The translations under genes and the position numbers were made by a program. Under the pieces are notes generated by a model that worked only from the letters and a program-made list of their open reading frames with translations, did not search any database and was not told the origin of the DNA. A DNA stretch of 64,000 nt from the human T2T-CHM13v2.0 reference genome, Homo sapiens, in NCBI RefSeq assembly GCF_009914755.1, contig NC_060926.1. One strand, written 5' to 3'. Shown here in pieces: positions 40,771 to 58,494 of the stretch. Every line of letters starts with the position of its first letter. Position 1 is the first letter of the stretch.

Positions 40771-41427
40771 TATATATCATCTATGAATTATAATGCATCT
40801 GTGTATTGATTAATCAGAATATCTGAGGTAATGCCAATGATGTTTATCTTGAACTGATTGAAAGGATCAGGAAAAGGGAAGGTTTTCCACTTATTCATTG
40901 AAAGGAGACTTGAATAGGATGGTCAAGTATGGTCTACAATTCTTCTAGACCTGAGTATATGAGGGAAGGAAATGTCCAAAAAAAAAAGGGGGGGGTGTGT
41001 GTGATGGAACTGAGGATACAAGCCTTATTTTTGAACACAGAGCAATGATGTCAGGATAAGTTGGCATTTGGAGAATTATTTTGTGTCTATTCCATATTTG
41101 CTTTTCAAGACATCTCTATTACACCATTTAATATTGTTTATACCAATTCCCAAACAAAACGTTCCCTTGAGGAAAAGTTTGCTTTTGTAGAAAAACAAAG
41201 AATAAGAAAGAAGAGGAGAGTTGCCTTTTCATCATGGCTGACAGCAAATTTGGAGTAAACTATTGTACTAGGGATTTTCTGAGAAAATGACCTTTTATAA
41301 CAAGGTATAACTGACTATATATGTCTTGATAGTATACTTATATATTTTTCTTTTAGGGCCTAGCAACTCCATATATAATTCCAGAATGGGAAACTTTACC
41401 ATACTGTGAACTTTTCAAAAAAAGAGA

Positions 41428-41512
41428 CTTTCAGGCCGCACCTATGACCCACTAAATCAGAATCTGCATCTCAACAAGATTCTCACGTGCTGACTAAAGT
41501 TTCAGAAGAGCT
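41428..41512. mobile_element. MER5A (hAT-Charlie) fragment
   Basis: cccactaaatcagaatctgcatctcaacaagattctca...aaagtttcagaag. Confidence 0.55.
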
Positions 41513-41865
41513 AATATAATGCGTGTTGTTCAAAACGAATTTTGAAATGGATGCCTATAAGTAAATATTTAACTTCATAATTGCTGCTGAAGTAAACTTA
41601 GGTGAACTTTCTCCACAAACATTCTAAAAACACGCTCTGAATTTTTATGTGTTCCAGTTTTTCTCTACTTTCTTTACCAAACAGAAAACGACTTCAAATA
41701 TTCTCTTCAGTTTAAATTTTGTGACTCTGTCTATCTTTGCCATTCTTATAGGATTGAGATGAGCCAGCAGTCTTTGTAACATATTCAATGGGAATATTGG
41801 AAAGGAGGTATGGAAAGAAATAAAGATCAGAGACACACAAAAGTGCATATTTTCATACTATTGTT

Positions 41866-42247
41866 TGATATGGTTTGGCTCTGTGTCTCCACCCACATCT
41901 CATGTTGAATTGTAATCCTCAGTGTTGGGGGAAGAACCTGGTGGGATGTGATTGGATCTTGTAGGCAGATTTCTCCCCCTGCTGTTTTTGTGATAGTGAG
42001 TGAGTTCTCACAAGACCTGGTTGTTTGAAAGTGTGTAGCACTTCCCCTTTGCTTCCTCTCTCCTGCTCTGCCATGGTAAGATGTACTTGCTTCCCTTTCA
42101 TCTTCTGCCATGATTGTAAGTTTCTTGAGGCCTCCTAACAATGCTTCCCGTACAGCCATGTGGAACTGTGAGTCAATTAAACCTCTTTTCTTTATAAATT
42201 ACCAAGTCTTAGGTAGTTTTTTATAGCAGTGAGAACAGACCAACACA
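41866..42247 (+). mobile_element. THE1D/MSTA MaLR solo LTR
   Basis: tgatatggtttggctctgtgtc...ccatgattgtaagttt...gtgagtcaattaaacctcttttctttataaattac...caacaca. Confidence 0.9.
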
Positions 42248-42964
42248 TCTTGATTTCCACTACATTATAATTTTCATAATTCTACTATTCTCTCATTTTC
42301 TTACAGCTCCAAGAATAATGAATAACAGCATACTTATATATTTATTTCTATTCATGAGCAGAGAGGTAAACAGAAGTCAAAATTATCTATTTTTTGTTTT
42401 TTATTTCCAAAAATCAGCTTTACTCGTATACTTACTCCAGTGCTATTTATTGACCTTTCCTTTATATAGTCAGATGCATAGAACTGATCCTAATGATATT
42501 TTCCTATGGGGTTATTTATAACCTTGATATGTATGCAAACTCTGGCCCACTAGTGAACTCTGCCCTTTGTAATTCTGATAAACAGATTTATAATGCAAAC
42601 TCCTGCTTTGTTTATTAATTTCTGAAGAATAAATCAAAATGATGAGCATGAGCTGTTTTCCCAGTGTTCTTGTCAGGATTACATTTATTACATGGAAAAA
42701 AAAGAAAGTTTAAACTCTTCATAAGACTATATGCCTCACCAAGGATTTTTTTAAATCAATACATGTTAAAATAAAATGTAATGTTTTTCCTGAAAAAAAT
42801 TGAATGAATGCTTGTGTTCATTCTTGATTGAAACCTAAAGTAAATTATCCCTCAGAAGCACAGTTATTTTGTATAAAAATAAAAACATTCTAAGAAGTTG
42901 ATAGAGACCATGGACAAAGGTAAAAACTTTCTATATCAGTACCTTTTACATATCTTTACCCTGC

Positions 42965-43020
42965 CTTTGAACAAGGAACCCCAGTTTTCATTTTGCAGTG
43001 GGCCCTATAGTGAGTTGACA
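42965..43020. mobile_element. MER91-like fragment
   Basis: tttgaacaaggaaccccagttttcattttgcagtgggccc. Confidence 0.45.
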
Positions 43021-44379
43021 CTCCACTGCTTAACACCTAGCTCCTGTATCTGCTGTGGATCAGGTCAAGGTGTTTAAATTGTCAGCAGAACATTTCTTGC
43101 CTTTCAGCCCCTTACCCCACCCCATTTAGATATATGCAGCAATCACTGGTTTTCATTTATTTGGAAATAATACCAAAAATTTAAAAACTTTCTTTTATGG
43201 AGATGCACTTTATTAGAAATGAGAGAGGATGGAATTCAAAAAATTTTCACTGCCCTTTAAAGAAAAACTAGAGTTAAAATATTGTTAGGAGGGATGTCAG
43301 TAGGTGCCTAGTCTCCTTCTCCATCTTCTTAGGGAGATGTGCAGGTACAGTGACCACCCAGTCTAAATTACCTGGGAAAACTCCAGTGTCCACTTATGAA
43401 TCTGGAATAATTATCAATAACCCAACCCCCTTCAGATGTGTTCAAACTGTTATGGCTTGCATGATTCATTACATGATCACCACACACATGGACAATAAGT
43501 GCCATGATCAGCACAGAAAAGGCAGGAATTAACAAAAGTGTGGGTACCTACTTTCAGAATTTCTAATTATTATCCTTCCAGAACACTAGAAACACAAAAA
43601 CGCACCATGGTGATTTTGTGAGCTATTGCCTCGTGTAGTAACACATTGTGGCATTCCCTTTCAGGAAGACAATTTTCTTGGTCCATGGTACACAGCTCTG
43701 TGTTGAGTAGTTTATTTTGGTACAGAAACAGGCAAAGCCCATTACAAATAACATCATGTGCTAGAGGCATGGAATGAGGATTTGCAGAGAAAGAGGGGCA
43801 GACACAGAAGTGCAATGTAGAAGTGGTGAATAGATTAGAATGTGAAGTGGAGAATATTGGAAAAAGTATAAATATTCATCTGTATGTTGGCAGAAAGAAA
43901 TTGCAGAACCAGGTCTTTATTAAGACCTAAAAGACCCCTGATTCAGTAACTAACTGCACAAGTTAAACAATTTTCAGTTGCAGGAAACAGAATATCCCAA
44001 ATCAACTCAATCTGAGGAAAAAAAGAATAATGGTTATGAAATATATTGACTAAAAAATAAGACACAAAGGTGGAATAAGGTTAATTCTATACATTGTCCA
44101 ATAGTCACTACATTTTTTATTTCCTTCTCTCAGCTTTGCCTTCCACAGTCTAGCACTGAGGTTAAGCACTGAGGCTGACTTCTCTTGTATTTTACAGCCC
44201 TTATTGCAAACTTTCCATGAAGAAGATTTTTTTTCAATCAGTCCTCCTGTAACGGAGGACCCTGTTAACCAGCACCTCCACCAAAAAGCATTTTCTAATG
44301 CCACATTTACACTAAATAGGAAGAAGCATGTGAATGCTGTTTGAAACTTCAAAAACATACATAGAAAATAAGACTACAT

Positions 44380-44515
44380 ATTTGTTTATTTTTTGTAGAG
44401 ATAAAGTCTCACTGTGTTACCCAGGCTGGTCTGGAACTCCTGGCCTCAAGAGATTCTCCCACCTAGGCTTCCAAAGTGCTGGGATTACAAGCATGAGCCA
44501 CCACCACGCCCAGCC
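44380..44515 (-). mobile_element. FLAM (Alu monomer)
   Basis: Reverse left arm only. Confidence 0.85.
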
Positions 44516-45267
44516 TAAAATGACATTTTAAAAAAGCAAAAAATGAGAAAGATATCCCTCAGCATGCTGGAGAGCTTGGACAGAGAGGCAGGGCAATGGA
44601 ATCAGGGAGATACAGGGAGCATCACCAAATTTTACCTCAGAGTTAATTAGTGGGTTATTGAGGCTGTGTCATCAAGAAAACATAGTGAATAACCCAATTA
44701 TCAGGTTAAAAGAAACATAGATGGTAAAAAATAATATAAATCCTAAAATTATAAAATATTGACATTTAAAAAGTAAAATGTTTATAGCAATCTTTTATAT
44801 TTCAAAAGAAATATAAATGGCATAGACATTTCTTTCAATTTTCACAATTATACATTTAAAAACAAAGGGTGAGCATTTTGGGTCAAAATATTTAAATTAT
44901 TTCTTTTCTGCTTAAGCTTATAATTTTATTCCCTTGCTCTATATCATGATATAATAATTCCCCTGTACTGTATTATGACATAATATCTTTTGTTTTTAGT
45001 ATTTTATCACCAGATCATATTTTTCTGCTATAAAAATGTGAGTAAAAGTTTAATATTAATTTTTATATTTACATAAGAAATAAGGCTCTAAGGCTTTAAG
45101 TGTTAAAAATGTTTATATATTTTATTGGTAAATATATTTCACTGTCAGATATTGCTAAAATATATATTGAGCTATCTTTTATAATTATCAGTAAAATCAA
45201 CAAAGTGTTAATTTTGTCAAAGAATTAAAATATAAAAATGAGTTTTAATGAAATGCATTTTTAATGA

Positions 45268-45702
<435 letters not shown>

Positions 45703-47922
45703 CAAGCTCTATTGTATTCTAATATGTATTTATCTCTTTCTTTATTTCTATTATAGTAAGCTTTGATAAAACTTGTTTATAAATTAGAAAATGGAGTAAG
45801 TGTTGTTATGACAATGTCATTTCTTTACACTCCCTCCATATTATTTGCCAAAACTCTATCGGTGGCCTTCTGAATTAGGCCTTCCTGGAGTTTTATTGAA
45901 ATCAAGCAATGGAAATCACCCAAGTTGCAAATATTTGTTATCTAGACTTTTGGATTTTTCACTTCTATACTACTGATATGAATATTTCAAGCTCCCCTTT
46001 GATACTTCGAATGTTTTACATGCTGAGGAAATAGATAATAGGAATACTGAAGGATGTGAGGAAGAGGAAGGGATTGAGAGCAATCTTGGCACAAGAAAGT
46101 TCTTAGGTGGATCAGTTTTAGGAAAGCACCTGTATCAGATGAAAATTTAGAAACTGATTCTCTTAAAATTCTTTGAAAAATCTTAGGACAACCAGGTGTA
46201 TGCATTTGGAGACTGATTTATAGAGTTATTTTGTAGATGCTAGATCCTTTAGGAAGAGAGAGAGAAGGAATAGATGCAGGAGAAAATGGGAAGGAAATGC
46301 TTACTTAAATAAAGCAAGAAAACAAACCCAATAAATAAGATAGTTAAAAAACAAAATTATCTGAAAGAAAAAAATAAATAAATAAATAGTATGTATAATG
46401 AAGAAGGAAGGTAAAAAGTTGCAAGATTTTGCCTACAGAAGACTGAGGTGCTTCTAATAGTTTGCTCACATGCAACAGATTCACAAATATGTAAGCAGCA
46501 GAAATGAGATCTCTGAGCCATGTCGTATAGTTCTGAGATTAGAATGTCTAGAGGTGATCCTGGAAAATCGGATTTTTAATCTTCACAGTATATTCTTCAC
46601 TAAAGAACAGTAAATTTAGTTCTAAAATCAGAACTAAAAGAACTAAAATTTATGAACTGTTTATCTAGCCTATTCAATGGACTGAGTATTTCCTAAGCTT
46701 AAAACAACACCTGATGTTATAGTGTGTAGGTAAACGGGCTTTTTAAATTCTTTAATTTAAAATTATCAATTATCTTTAAAGATAATTAAAGAATTGATAA
46801 ATAGGATTTTCCCATTTCCAGATTTGATTACTTCCATCAAGGCCATTTTCAGAGTATTAACATGCTATCACTGCACAAGGAATTGGGATAAGATGTGCAC
46901 ATTCAGCTCTTGCTGGACAGTGAAATCTTGCCCTATCACACTGCCGGTGATGATAGAGGAAGAGTCCCATTTGTCATTGTAGTAGATTAGCTTGTAGCCA
47001 ACAAGAATACTCATAGAAAAAATTAGAAACGATAGATACATACCCCCATTCATTTAAAAGAATTAGGAAACTACCAAGGGAATCAGAAATTCAGGGGCTA
47101 AGATGCTGGAAATAACGGAAACTTATCTAAGTGTGCCTAACATCTAACGACCTGTCCCCTCAAAGCACTTGATAGTTCTAAAGCAGTAGAGAAGAGTTGA
47201 GAAGCCAATCAGTAAGAAAAAGCCAAGAGGCACATAACCTTTCCTGATTTGGAGGGAAACCTCACTGGGCTAAAGGCAAAGAATCTGCAATTTGAGTCTT
47301 CTAAGGCAGCTAGCCAGGTTAAGGGGAGGAGGTGGCTAAGATTCCTTAGAGAAGGAAATCATAGAGAAGTGAGCCTGAAAGTCTGATCTGGTTTATCATT
47401 CAAGATATTCTCATGGCCTCTAGTTGTGAAAAAAAAAAAAAGAAAGAAAAAAGAAAAAGCCAAGAAATTGAGGAGCTCCACAGAGCTTGTGATTGCCTCC
47501 AAGGGCTAAGGAGAGAAAAATTGAGTTCATAGTTTGCCACAAGATCCTGGAGAACACTGCAGCTTTCCAGTGGAAACATCTGACATACAAGACCTAAGAG
47601 TGAGCATGAATAATAAATAAACGAGTCCTAACAAAGATGGAAACCCAGCCCTAAAGCAGCCTAGTCCTTTACTGGATTGAACTGATCTGCTTCTGTTCTA
47701 ATTATCTCTTGAAAGATAACGTTTCACCCAGAGTTTATACAAATTTTTAATACACAATTTCTGTCATCAATGTAAAATTCAGCAGGCATTTCAAGACACA
47801 AGACAAAGAGCTAGATCACAAGGTAATCAAGCTATTAGGATCATCATACACAGTCTTCAGGATAGTTGATTTACCTATTTAAGAACATAGATAACATCAT
47901 AAATAATTTAAACAGAGATTTT

Positions 47923-48170
47923 GTACTGGTTTTCTATTTCTGAGTAACAAATTACCACAAACTTAATGGCTTAAAATAACACACATGTTTTGTCTCACAG
48001 TTTCTATGAATCGGACACAGCATAGCTGGGTCCCCGGCTCAGGGTTTCACAGGCTGTAATCACCACCTCAGCTGGGGTATGTTTTCATCTGGAAACTTAA
48101 CTGAGAAAGACTCTACTTTCTAACTTCTTAAGGTTGTTGGTCAAATTCATTTCTCATAGCTATATGACTT
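47923..48170 (-). mobile_element. MLT1 LTR fragment
   Basis: gtaacaaattaccacaaacttaatggcttaaaataacac...tctcacagtttctatg. Confidence 0.75.
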
Positions 48171-48296
48171 AAAAATAAAGTAACTGAAATTGAGTATTCA
48201 ACAGCCGTGTTTAAGAGCAGATTAGACATAGCTAACAGTAGGGTTCTTGCTCTAGAGTAGAACTAAGTAGAAATGTGTACATTGAAAGATGGAGTA

Positions 48297-48612
<316 letters not shown>

Positions 48613-49190
48613 AAGAGTAAAAGAGAAGACACATACTAAAAAGAGCATAAGAGATATTTAGGATGTAGCGAAAAGGTTAAATATATGGTTAATCTCAGTT
48701 AAAATAAGAAAAGGGGATATAATGGTACCAAAGTATTATTTAAATAAACACTGGCCAAAATTGTCAAAAACTGAGGAAAGATATCAAGCCACAGATTGAA
48801 GAACAAACAAATCCAAACTAGGACAAATACACAGAAAATCACTTTGCTCCTTCATCATCAAATTTGCCAAAAACAAAAGAAGGCAAAAGCACAAATATTT
48901 CCATAAAAAAGAAAAAAAACACTCATTGTTTAGAAGTAAAATAATAATGACAATTGAATAATTAATAAAAATGGTGGAAGTCAGATGTCAGTTGAAAATG
49001 TCTATTAAAATGATTCCACTATAAAATTATAAAATCAGAGAGAAAAAAATATAGATATTTCTCCAGACTTCCCTCCAGAAAATTGAAAACAAATTTATTG
49101 ACAGCAGACAAATTTTAGGAAAAAAGAACTCACTTAAAAACATTTCCTCAGATTGAAGGAATATAATCCCATTATAAAATGGTGAAAAAT

Positions 49191-51346
<2,156 letters not shown>

Positions 51347-51444
51347 AAAATGGTGAAAAATAAAGAATTATAGAAAAAGTATATGTATGGCTAGCTGTAA
51401 GTGAATATTGTATAAAATAATAAAACTAATATCATGTAGATTTA

Positions 51445-51761
<317 letters not shown>

Positions 51762-54700
51762 TATCATGTAGATTTAAATTGTACATATTACTAATATGCA
51801 TGACAAAAATACAAAATTTGAGAGGAAAATAGGTATTCAAGAGTTCTAGTATGTTCTAGTTCAGGAAATGGTAAATTTACATATTTATATTGACTTTTCA
51901 GATGCAGTCATACTCTATCATCTAGTATAAATTCTTAAATAATAGTAAAAACCAGTAACTTAAGAAGCAAATATAGTTACCAACAGAATAATAAAACACA
52001 CATGATTAAGTCAAATGAGGCAATAGAGTACATGGAATTTAGACTCAGTGGAAAAAATATAAAGCAAATAGGGAGTGATATGTGTAAATGCATGTATACC
52101 AGTAATAAGAATTAAATGTAGATATGATCATTTATATGTTTAAAATCTAAAACTATTCACATAGGATACAGTGAGCTATATTCTCCTTATAATATACAGA
52201 CATCAAAAGTTTAAAAGTAAAATAATAAATATCATATGCCACATAAACACAAATCAAAAGTTAACTGGTCTAGTTATACTAATATCAAACAAAGTGATTT
52301 TTAACGCAAAAGCATTTGTTAGAGAGAAATAATAATATCTCATATTTAGGAAGAGATAACAGGAAAGATTTTAAAAATCTGTTTGTTTGTACTTAATTTA
52401 ATGGCCTCAAAGATGTATTAAAAATCAACAGAAAAAAAATCCATACTATGTATGATCTACAATATTAGTGGGAGATTTTAACACATCTATATCAGGAGAT
52501 CATGGAGAATTACCATCAATCTGACTAAAACTCTTCTTGAAAGTAGAAGAAGAGGAAACAATTCACAACTTATACTATGAGGCCACGATTATCTGATATC
52601 AAAACCCACGGGTAGGGTTAGAAAGGAAAATAAGTGGCTATATCTTTTCCATCAATATATATATTTTTAATTCTAAATGACATATTTTCAAATCCAATTT
52701 GTATAAACAAGATAATATATCAAGATCAAGTCAACTTTATTCTAAGAATAAAACATTAGCTTCACTTTTATAAAACAATCAATATGATTAACTATAATAA
52801 CATAAAGCAAGAGAAATAAAAACACATGTTCCCCTAAACAGATTTAGAAAAAAAACTTTGATAATATCAAATATTTTCATAATAAAAACCAGAAACTTTT
52901 AGAAAACTAGGAGTATAAGAATACTTTATTAACATCAAAAGTTGTCTACAAAACGTCTACTACAAACATCATAATGATTGTGAAATTTTGAAAACTTTCC
53001 TTATGAGGACAGGAAAAAGAAAAAAACACTCCTATCACCATTCTGTTTTATGCTGTACTGGAGCAGCTGATAAACCCTATTTAGTGAAGAAAAAAAATAC
53101 AGGTAATATTGGTTGAAAAAGAAGAAACTGTCATTAATCATAGACTACGTGTTTGTATACATAGATCATTTTTGTGAAATTGGAATAGGCAAAGATCCCC
53201 TAGACAGGACTACACACAAAAAAAACATGCAAAAAAAGGCAAATTAAAAAAACCTAACCTAAAGATGAAATTCTAAAATCATATGTATATTTAGTAAATT
53301 CCACTAGATAAAATAAATAAAAATTAATTGTTCAGACTTCTGTTCTTATCTCAAACATGCAAAGATCCTGAAAATTGCCACTCCTATCCTTATAATAAGA
53401 CAGGACTGCGCAAAGTGAAAATCAGTGACATCTCATGAACTCATTAACAACAACCCAAAAATCTAAAGAAGCAGGTATATCTAGAAACACAGTCTATGTT
53501 TACTTATCTGAAAGAGAAACTACAAAAGTCATAAATCTATAGAATACATGGTACTTTCGATAAAGTGCTGGAGGCAGACTGTGAACTATTATGAAGGTAA
53601 AAATCCTGGGGGCTGTATTCCGATGGCATCTACACTTTTGAAGATTTTACCTCCTGAAACTCCACTGGGTTCTCACAATGCGGATTTAAGCAGGATCTTC
53701 TGGGCTCTGGCAGGGAGAGGAGAAAAATCCCTATGAGATACTCCTAAAGCCTTCCAGATATAAAAGTCCTCGCCGCCAGGCAGGAACGTTTGTTCCAGAG
53801 CTTCATATCACCTGGAAGAAGGACATTTTTTTTTTCTCCATGGCCTCCTCTCAACTCCCTTCTCACCTACAGTGGAAGAACACCTACCCATCAGAGATCG
53901 GAACATCAAGGAAATAGATCAGGATCACTGCATCTTGGAAAAGAAAGAAGTAAGAGGGGAAAGACTGGAGAAACTCTTGGGAAGGTAACAGCCCTGAGGG
54001 ACTGGTCCACTAAAAGGACAGTAAGATTATACAACAGCCCTCTTCCCCACACTTTACTAACAAGCATATTAATAGGGATGAAGTATAAGAACAACAGCTT
54101 GCGATTGAAAAAGCTGCAAGACGCATAGTCTCTGAGGAGGAATACAAAGGAAAAGCCAAAGTCTAGAAGGGAAGGCATAAAAAAGGGCATTGAAATAAAT
54201 GAAAATCTCTGGTACATACAGCAAAAGCACACATTAAGCACAGCCCCATTTCTAGACATAGTAGTAGCACTGCCTTCGCCTTAGACTAAAGGTCCGTTTT
54301 CCTCCTTTACTATTATTTGATACGATATGTCTAGTTTTCTACAAAAACTTATCAGGCATGCCAAAAGACAAGAGAAAAAGCAGAATCTGAAGGGACAAAA
54401 GAATTATCTGAATCCTGTGAAATATGATGGTGGTATTGGAATTATAAGACAGATAATTTAATTACAAGTGATTAATACTATTTAATTACAAGTATTAATA
54501 ACTCTGATTAATAGATTAAGGGCACTCATGGATACAGTGGACACCATGCAATAACAATTCTCTCTGTAAGCAGAGAGAGTGAAACTCTAAGAAGGAATAA
54601 AAAAGAAATTATGGAAATAAAAGACAATGTAACAAAATTGAAAAATGTCATTGATGGGCTCATCAGTAAACTCCACACAACTGAGGAATCAGTGAACTTT

Positions 54701-54969
54701 AAGATAAGTCAACAGAAACTTCTCAAACTGAAAAGCAGAGAGTAAAACAGTGTGTGTATATGTGTGTGTATATATTATATTATATATATAATATATATAA
54801 TGTGTATATATGTATATTATATATATATATAACAGAAACATCAAAAAATATGGCACAATTTCCAAAGATGGGAAATATACCCAACATAAGCAAAATATTT
54901 AAAGTAATAATAGCTGAAAATTTTTCAAGATAATGACAGAAAACAAACTATAAATCCAAGAAACCCAGA

Positions 54970-55068
54970 GAACACTATTCAAAATAAAGACCCCAAATTC
55001 CACATCTAGGCATTCCCAAATTCCACATCTGGAACACTATTCAGAATAAGTACCCCAAATTCCACATC
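54970..55068 (+). repeat. Complex local tandem duplication (37 bp / 16 bp / 37 bp)
   Basis: gaacactattca...ccccaaattccacatc twice, with an extra cccaaattccacatct between. Confidence 0.9.
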
Positions 55069-55182
55069 CATAATATATTCAAACTGCAGAAAACCAAATA
55101 AAAATAGAAAATATTGAAATAACTCAATGTCCCACCTTATCTATATGTTTAAAATTTTCTAATTTATTTTTAATCATTACTA

Positions 55183-55482
55183 CTTTTTTTTTTTTTAAAA
55201 AAAAAGACAGTCTTATTCTGTTGCCCAGCCTGGAGTGCAGTGGCATGAACATGGAACACTGCAGTCTGAACTTCTAGGCTCAAGTGATCCTCCCATCTCA
55301 GCCTCCCGAGTAGAGGGGACTACAGGCACCTGCCACTATGCCCAGCTAATATTTTCATTTTTTGTAAAGATGAAGTCTTGCTATGTTATCCAGGCTGATT
55401 GCATACTCCTGGGTTCAAGTGATCCTCCTGCCTCAGCCTCCCAAAGTGTTGGGATTACAGGTGTGAGCCACCACACCCAGCC
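55183..55482 (-). mobile_element. AluJ
   Basis: Diverged reverse dimer, ggctcaagtgatcctccc. Confidence 0.92.
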
Positions 55483-56907
55483 ATAGCTTACCTATAGATG
55501 AACAAAACCAAATTAGATTAGATATGTCACTAGGAATCAGGCAAGCAAGGAGAGAGGGGAGTTAAATATAAAAATGATGAAAAAATTACCAACCTAGAAT
55601 TCTATAAATAGCAAAATTATACTTCAAAGGCACAGAAGTACAGACTTTCTCTTTCTTAGGAAATCAATCACCCTTAAGCCTGCCTTGCAAAAAATGTTAA
55701 TAGAAATTCTTCAGAAAGAAATAAAATTATATACAGCAGAAACTTTTGTCTACATAAAGAAAGAAAGGACATAGGAGAAAGAATAAAGCTTTTATTTTCA
55801 TTTTTTAAAATTTTTTTAACTTATTTTATTTTCTTTTTTTAAGTTCCAGGGTATATGTGCAGTGTATGCAGGCTTGTTACATAGTAAAACATGTACCATG
55901 GTAGTTTGCTGAAGCTAACAACTCATCACCTAGGTATTAAGCCCAGCATGCATTAGCTCTCTTCCCTTATGCTCTCCCCTCCCACCCCACCCCTTCCCAA
56001 CAGCCCCAGTAAGTGTTGTTCTTCTCCCTGTGTCCATGTGTTCTCATTGTTCAGTTCCCACTTACAAGTGAAAAATGCAGTTAGTTTGCTGAGGATAGTG
56101 ATCCTTATTATTTTGAGATATGTTTCTTCAATATCTAGTTTATTGAGAGTTTTTTTTTAACATGAAGACATGTTGAATTTTATCAAAGGCCTTGTCTGCG
56201 TCTATTGAGGTAATCATGTAATTTTTGTCTTTATATCTGTTTATCTGATGAATTACATTTATTGATTTGGGTATGTTGAACCAGCCTTGCATTCTGGGGA
56301 TGAAGCCAACTTGATTGTGGTGGATAAGCTTTTTGATATGCTGCTGGATTCTGTTTGCCAGTATTTTATTGAGGATTTTTGCATTGATGTTTATCAGGGA
56401 TATTGGCCTGAAGTTTTTGTTGTTGTTGTTCTATCCCTGCCAAGTTTTGGTATCAGGATAATGCTGGTCTCATAAAATGAGTTAAGGATTCCCACCTTTT
56501 CAATTGTTTGGAATAGTGTCAGAAGAAATAGTACCAACTCATCTTTGTACCTCTGGTAGAATTCAGCTGTAAATCCATCTGGACCTGGACTTTGTTTTTG
56601 GTTGGTAAGCTATTTATTACTGCCTCAATTTCAGAATTTGTTGTTGATCTATTCAAGGATTCAACTTCTTCCTGGTTCAGTCTTGGGAGGGTGTATGTGT
56701 CCAGGAATTTATCCATTTCTTCTAGATTTTCCATTTTACTTGCATAGAGGTTTTTATAGTGTTCTCTGATAGTTGTTTGTATTTCTGTGGGGTCAGTAGA
56801 GGCATGCTTCTTATCGTTTCTGATTGTGTTTATTTGAGTCTTCTCTCTTTTCTTGTTTGTCTCACTAGTGGCCTATCTTATTGATTAAAAAAAAAAAAAA
56901 CAGCTCA

Positions 56908-57202
56908 GGCTGGGCGTGGTGGCTCACACCTGTAATCCCAGCACTTTGGGAGGCCGAGGCAGGCAGATCACGAGGTCAGGAGATCGAGACCATCCTGGCT
57001 AACATGGTGAAACCCTGTATCTACTAAAAATACAAAAAAAATTAGCCAGGTATGGTAGCAGGTGCCTGTAGTCCCAACTACTCAGGAGGCTGAGGCAGGA
57101 GAATGGCATGAACTCGGGAGGCAGAGCTTGCAGTGAGCCGAGGTCACGCCACTGCACTCCAGCCTGGGCGAGAGCGAGACTCTGTCTCAAAGAAAAAAAA
57201 AA
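56908..57202 (+). mobile_element. AluY
   Basis: gagatcgagaccatcctggctaac and gaatggcatgaac...gagcttgc. Confidence 0.93.
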
Positions 57203-58172
57203 GCTCCTGGACTCATTACTTTTTTTTGAAGGGTTTTTCATGTCTCTATCTCCCTCAGTTCTGCTCTGACCTTGGTTACTTATTGTCTTCTGCTATCTCT
57301 GGGGTTTGTTTGCTCTTTGTTCTCTACTTTTTTAGTTGCGATGTTAGGGTGTCTATTTGACATCTCTAGCTTTTGAAGTGGGCTTTATTGCTATAAATTT
57401 CCCTCTTAGCACTGCTTTAGCTGCATCCCAGAGATTCTGATACATTGTCTTTTTGTTCTCACTGGTTTCAAAGCACTTACTGACTTCTGCCTTAATTCAG
57501 TTATACCCAGGAGTCATTCAGGAGCAAGTTGTTCAATTTTCATGTAGTTGTGTGGCTTTGAGTAGGCTTGTTAATCTTGGGGTTCTAATTTGATTGCACT
57601 GTGGTCTGAGGCACTGTTTGCAATAATTTCAGTGCCTTTGCATTTGCTGAACAGTGTTTTACTTCCAATTATGTGATCAATGTTAGTGTAAGTGCTATGT
57701 GGTGTAAAAAAATGTATATTCTGTTGTTTTGGGTAGACAGTTCTGTAGATAGTTATCAGGTCTACTTTGTCTAGAACTTAGTTCAAGTCCTGAATATCTT
57801 TGTTAATTTTCTGTCTCAATGACCTGTCTAATACTGACAGTGGGGTATTAAAGTTTCCCATTATTATTGTGGTGGTGGGGGTTCTAAGTCTCTTTGTAGG
57901 TCTCTAGGAACTTGTTTTATGAATCTGGGTGCTCCTTTATTGGGTGCATATATATTTAGGATAGTTAGCTCTTCTTGTTGCACTGATCCCTTTGACATTA
58001 TGTAATGCCTTTTGCAACCCCTCCTTTTATTCTGCTTTCCATTTCCTTGGTAAATTTTCTTCCATCCCTTTATTTTGAGTTTATGTGCATCTTTGCACAT
58101 AAGATGTGTCTCTTAACTACAGCACACCAATGCGTCTTTTCTTTATATCCAGCTTGCCTTTCTGTGTCTTTT

Positions 58173-58494
<322 letters not shown>

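Noticed and set aside
42905-42920. Second RE1-like word gaccatggaca
   Set aside because: Lacks the TCAG left half and the terminal G of GGACAG.
43003-43015. ccctatagtgagt resembles the reverse T7 promoter (vector contamination?)
   Set aside because: Only 13 nt match, the cgtatta part is missing, and it sits at the end of a MER91-like fragment in continuous genomic context.
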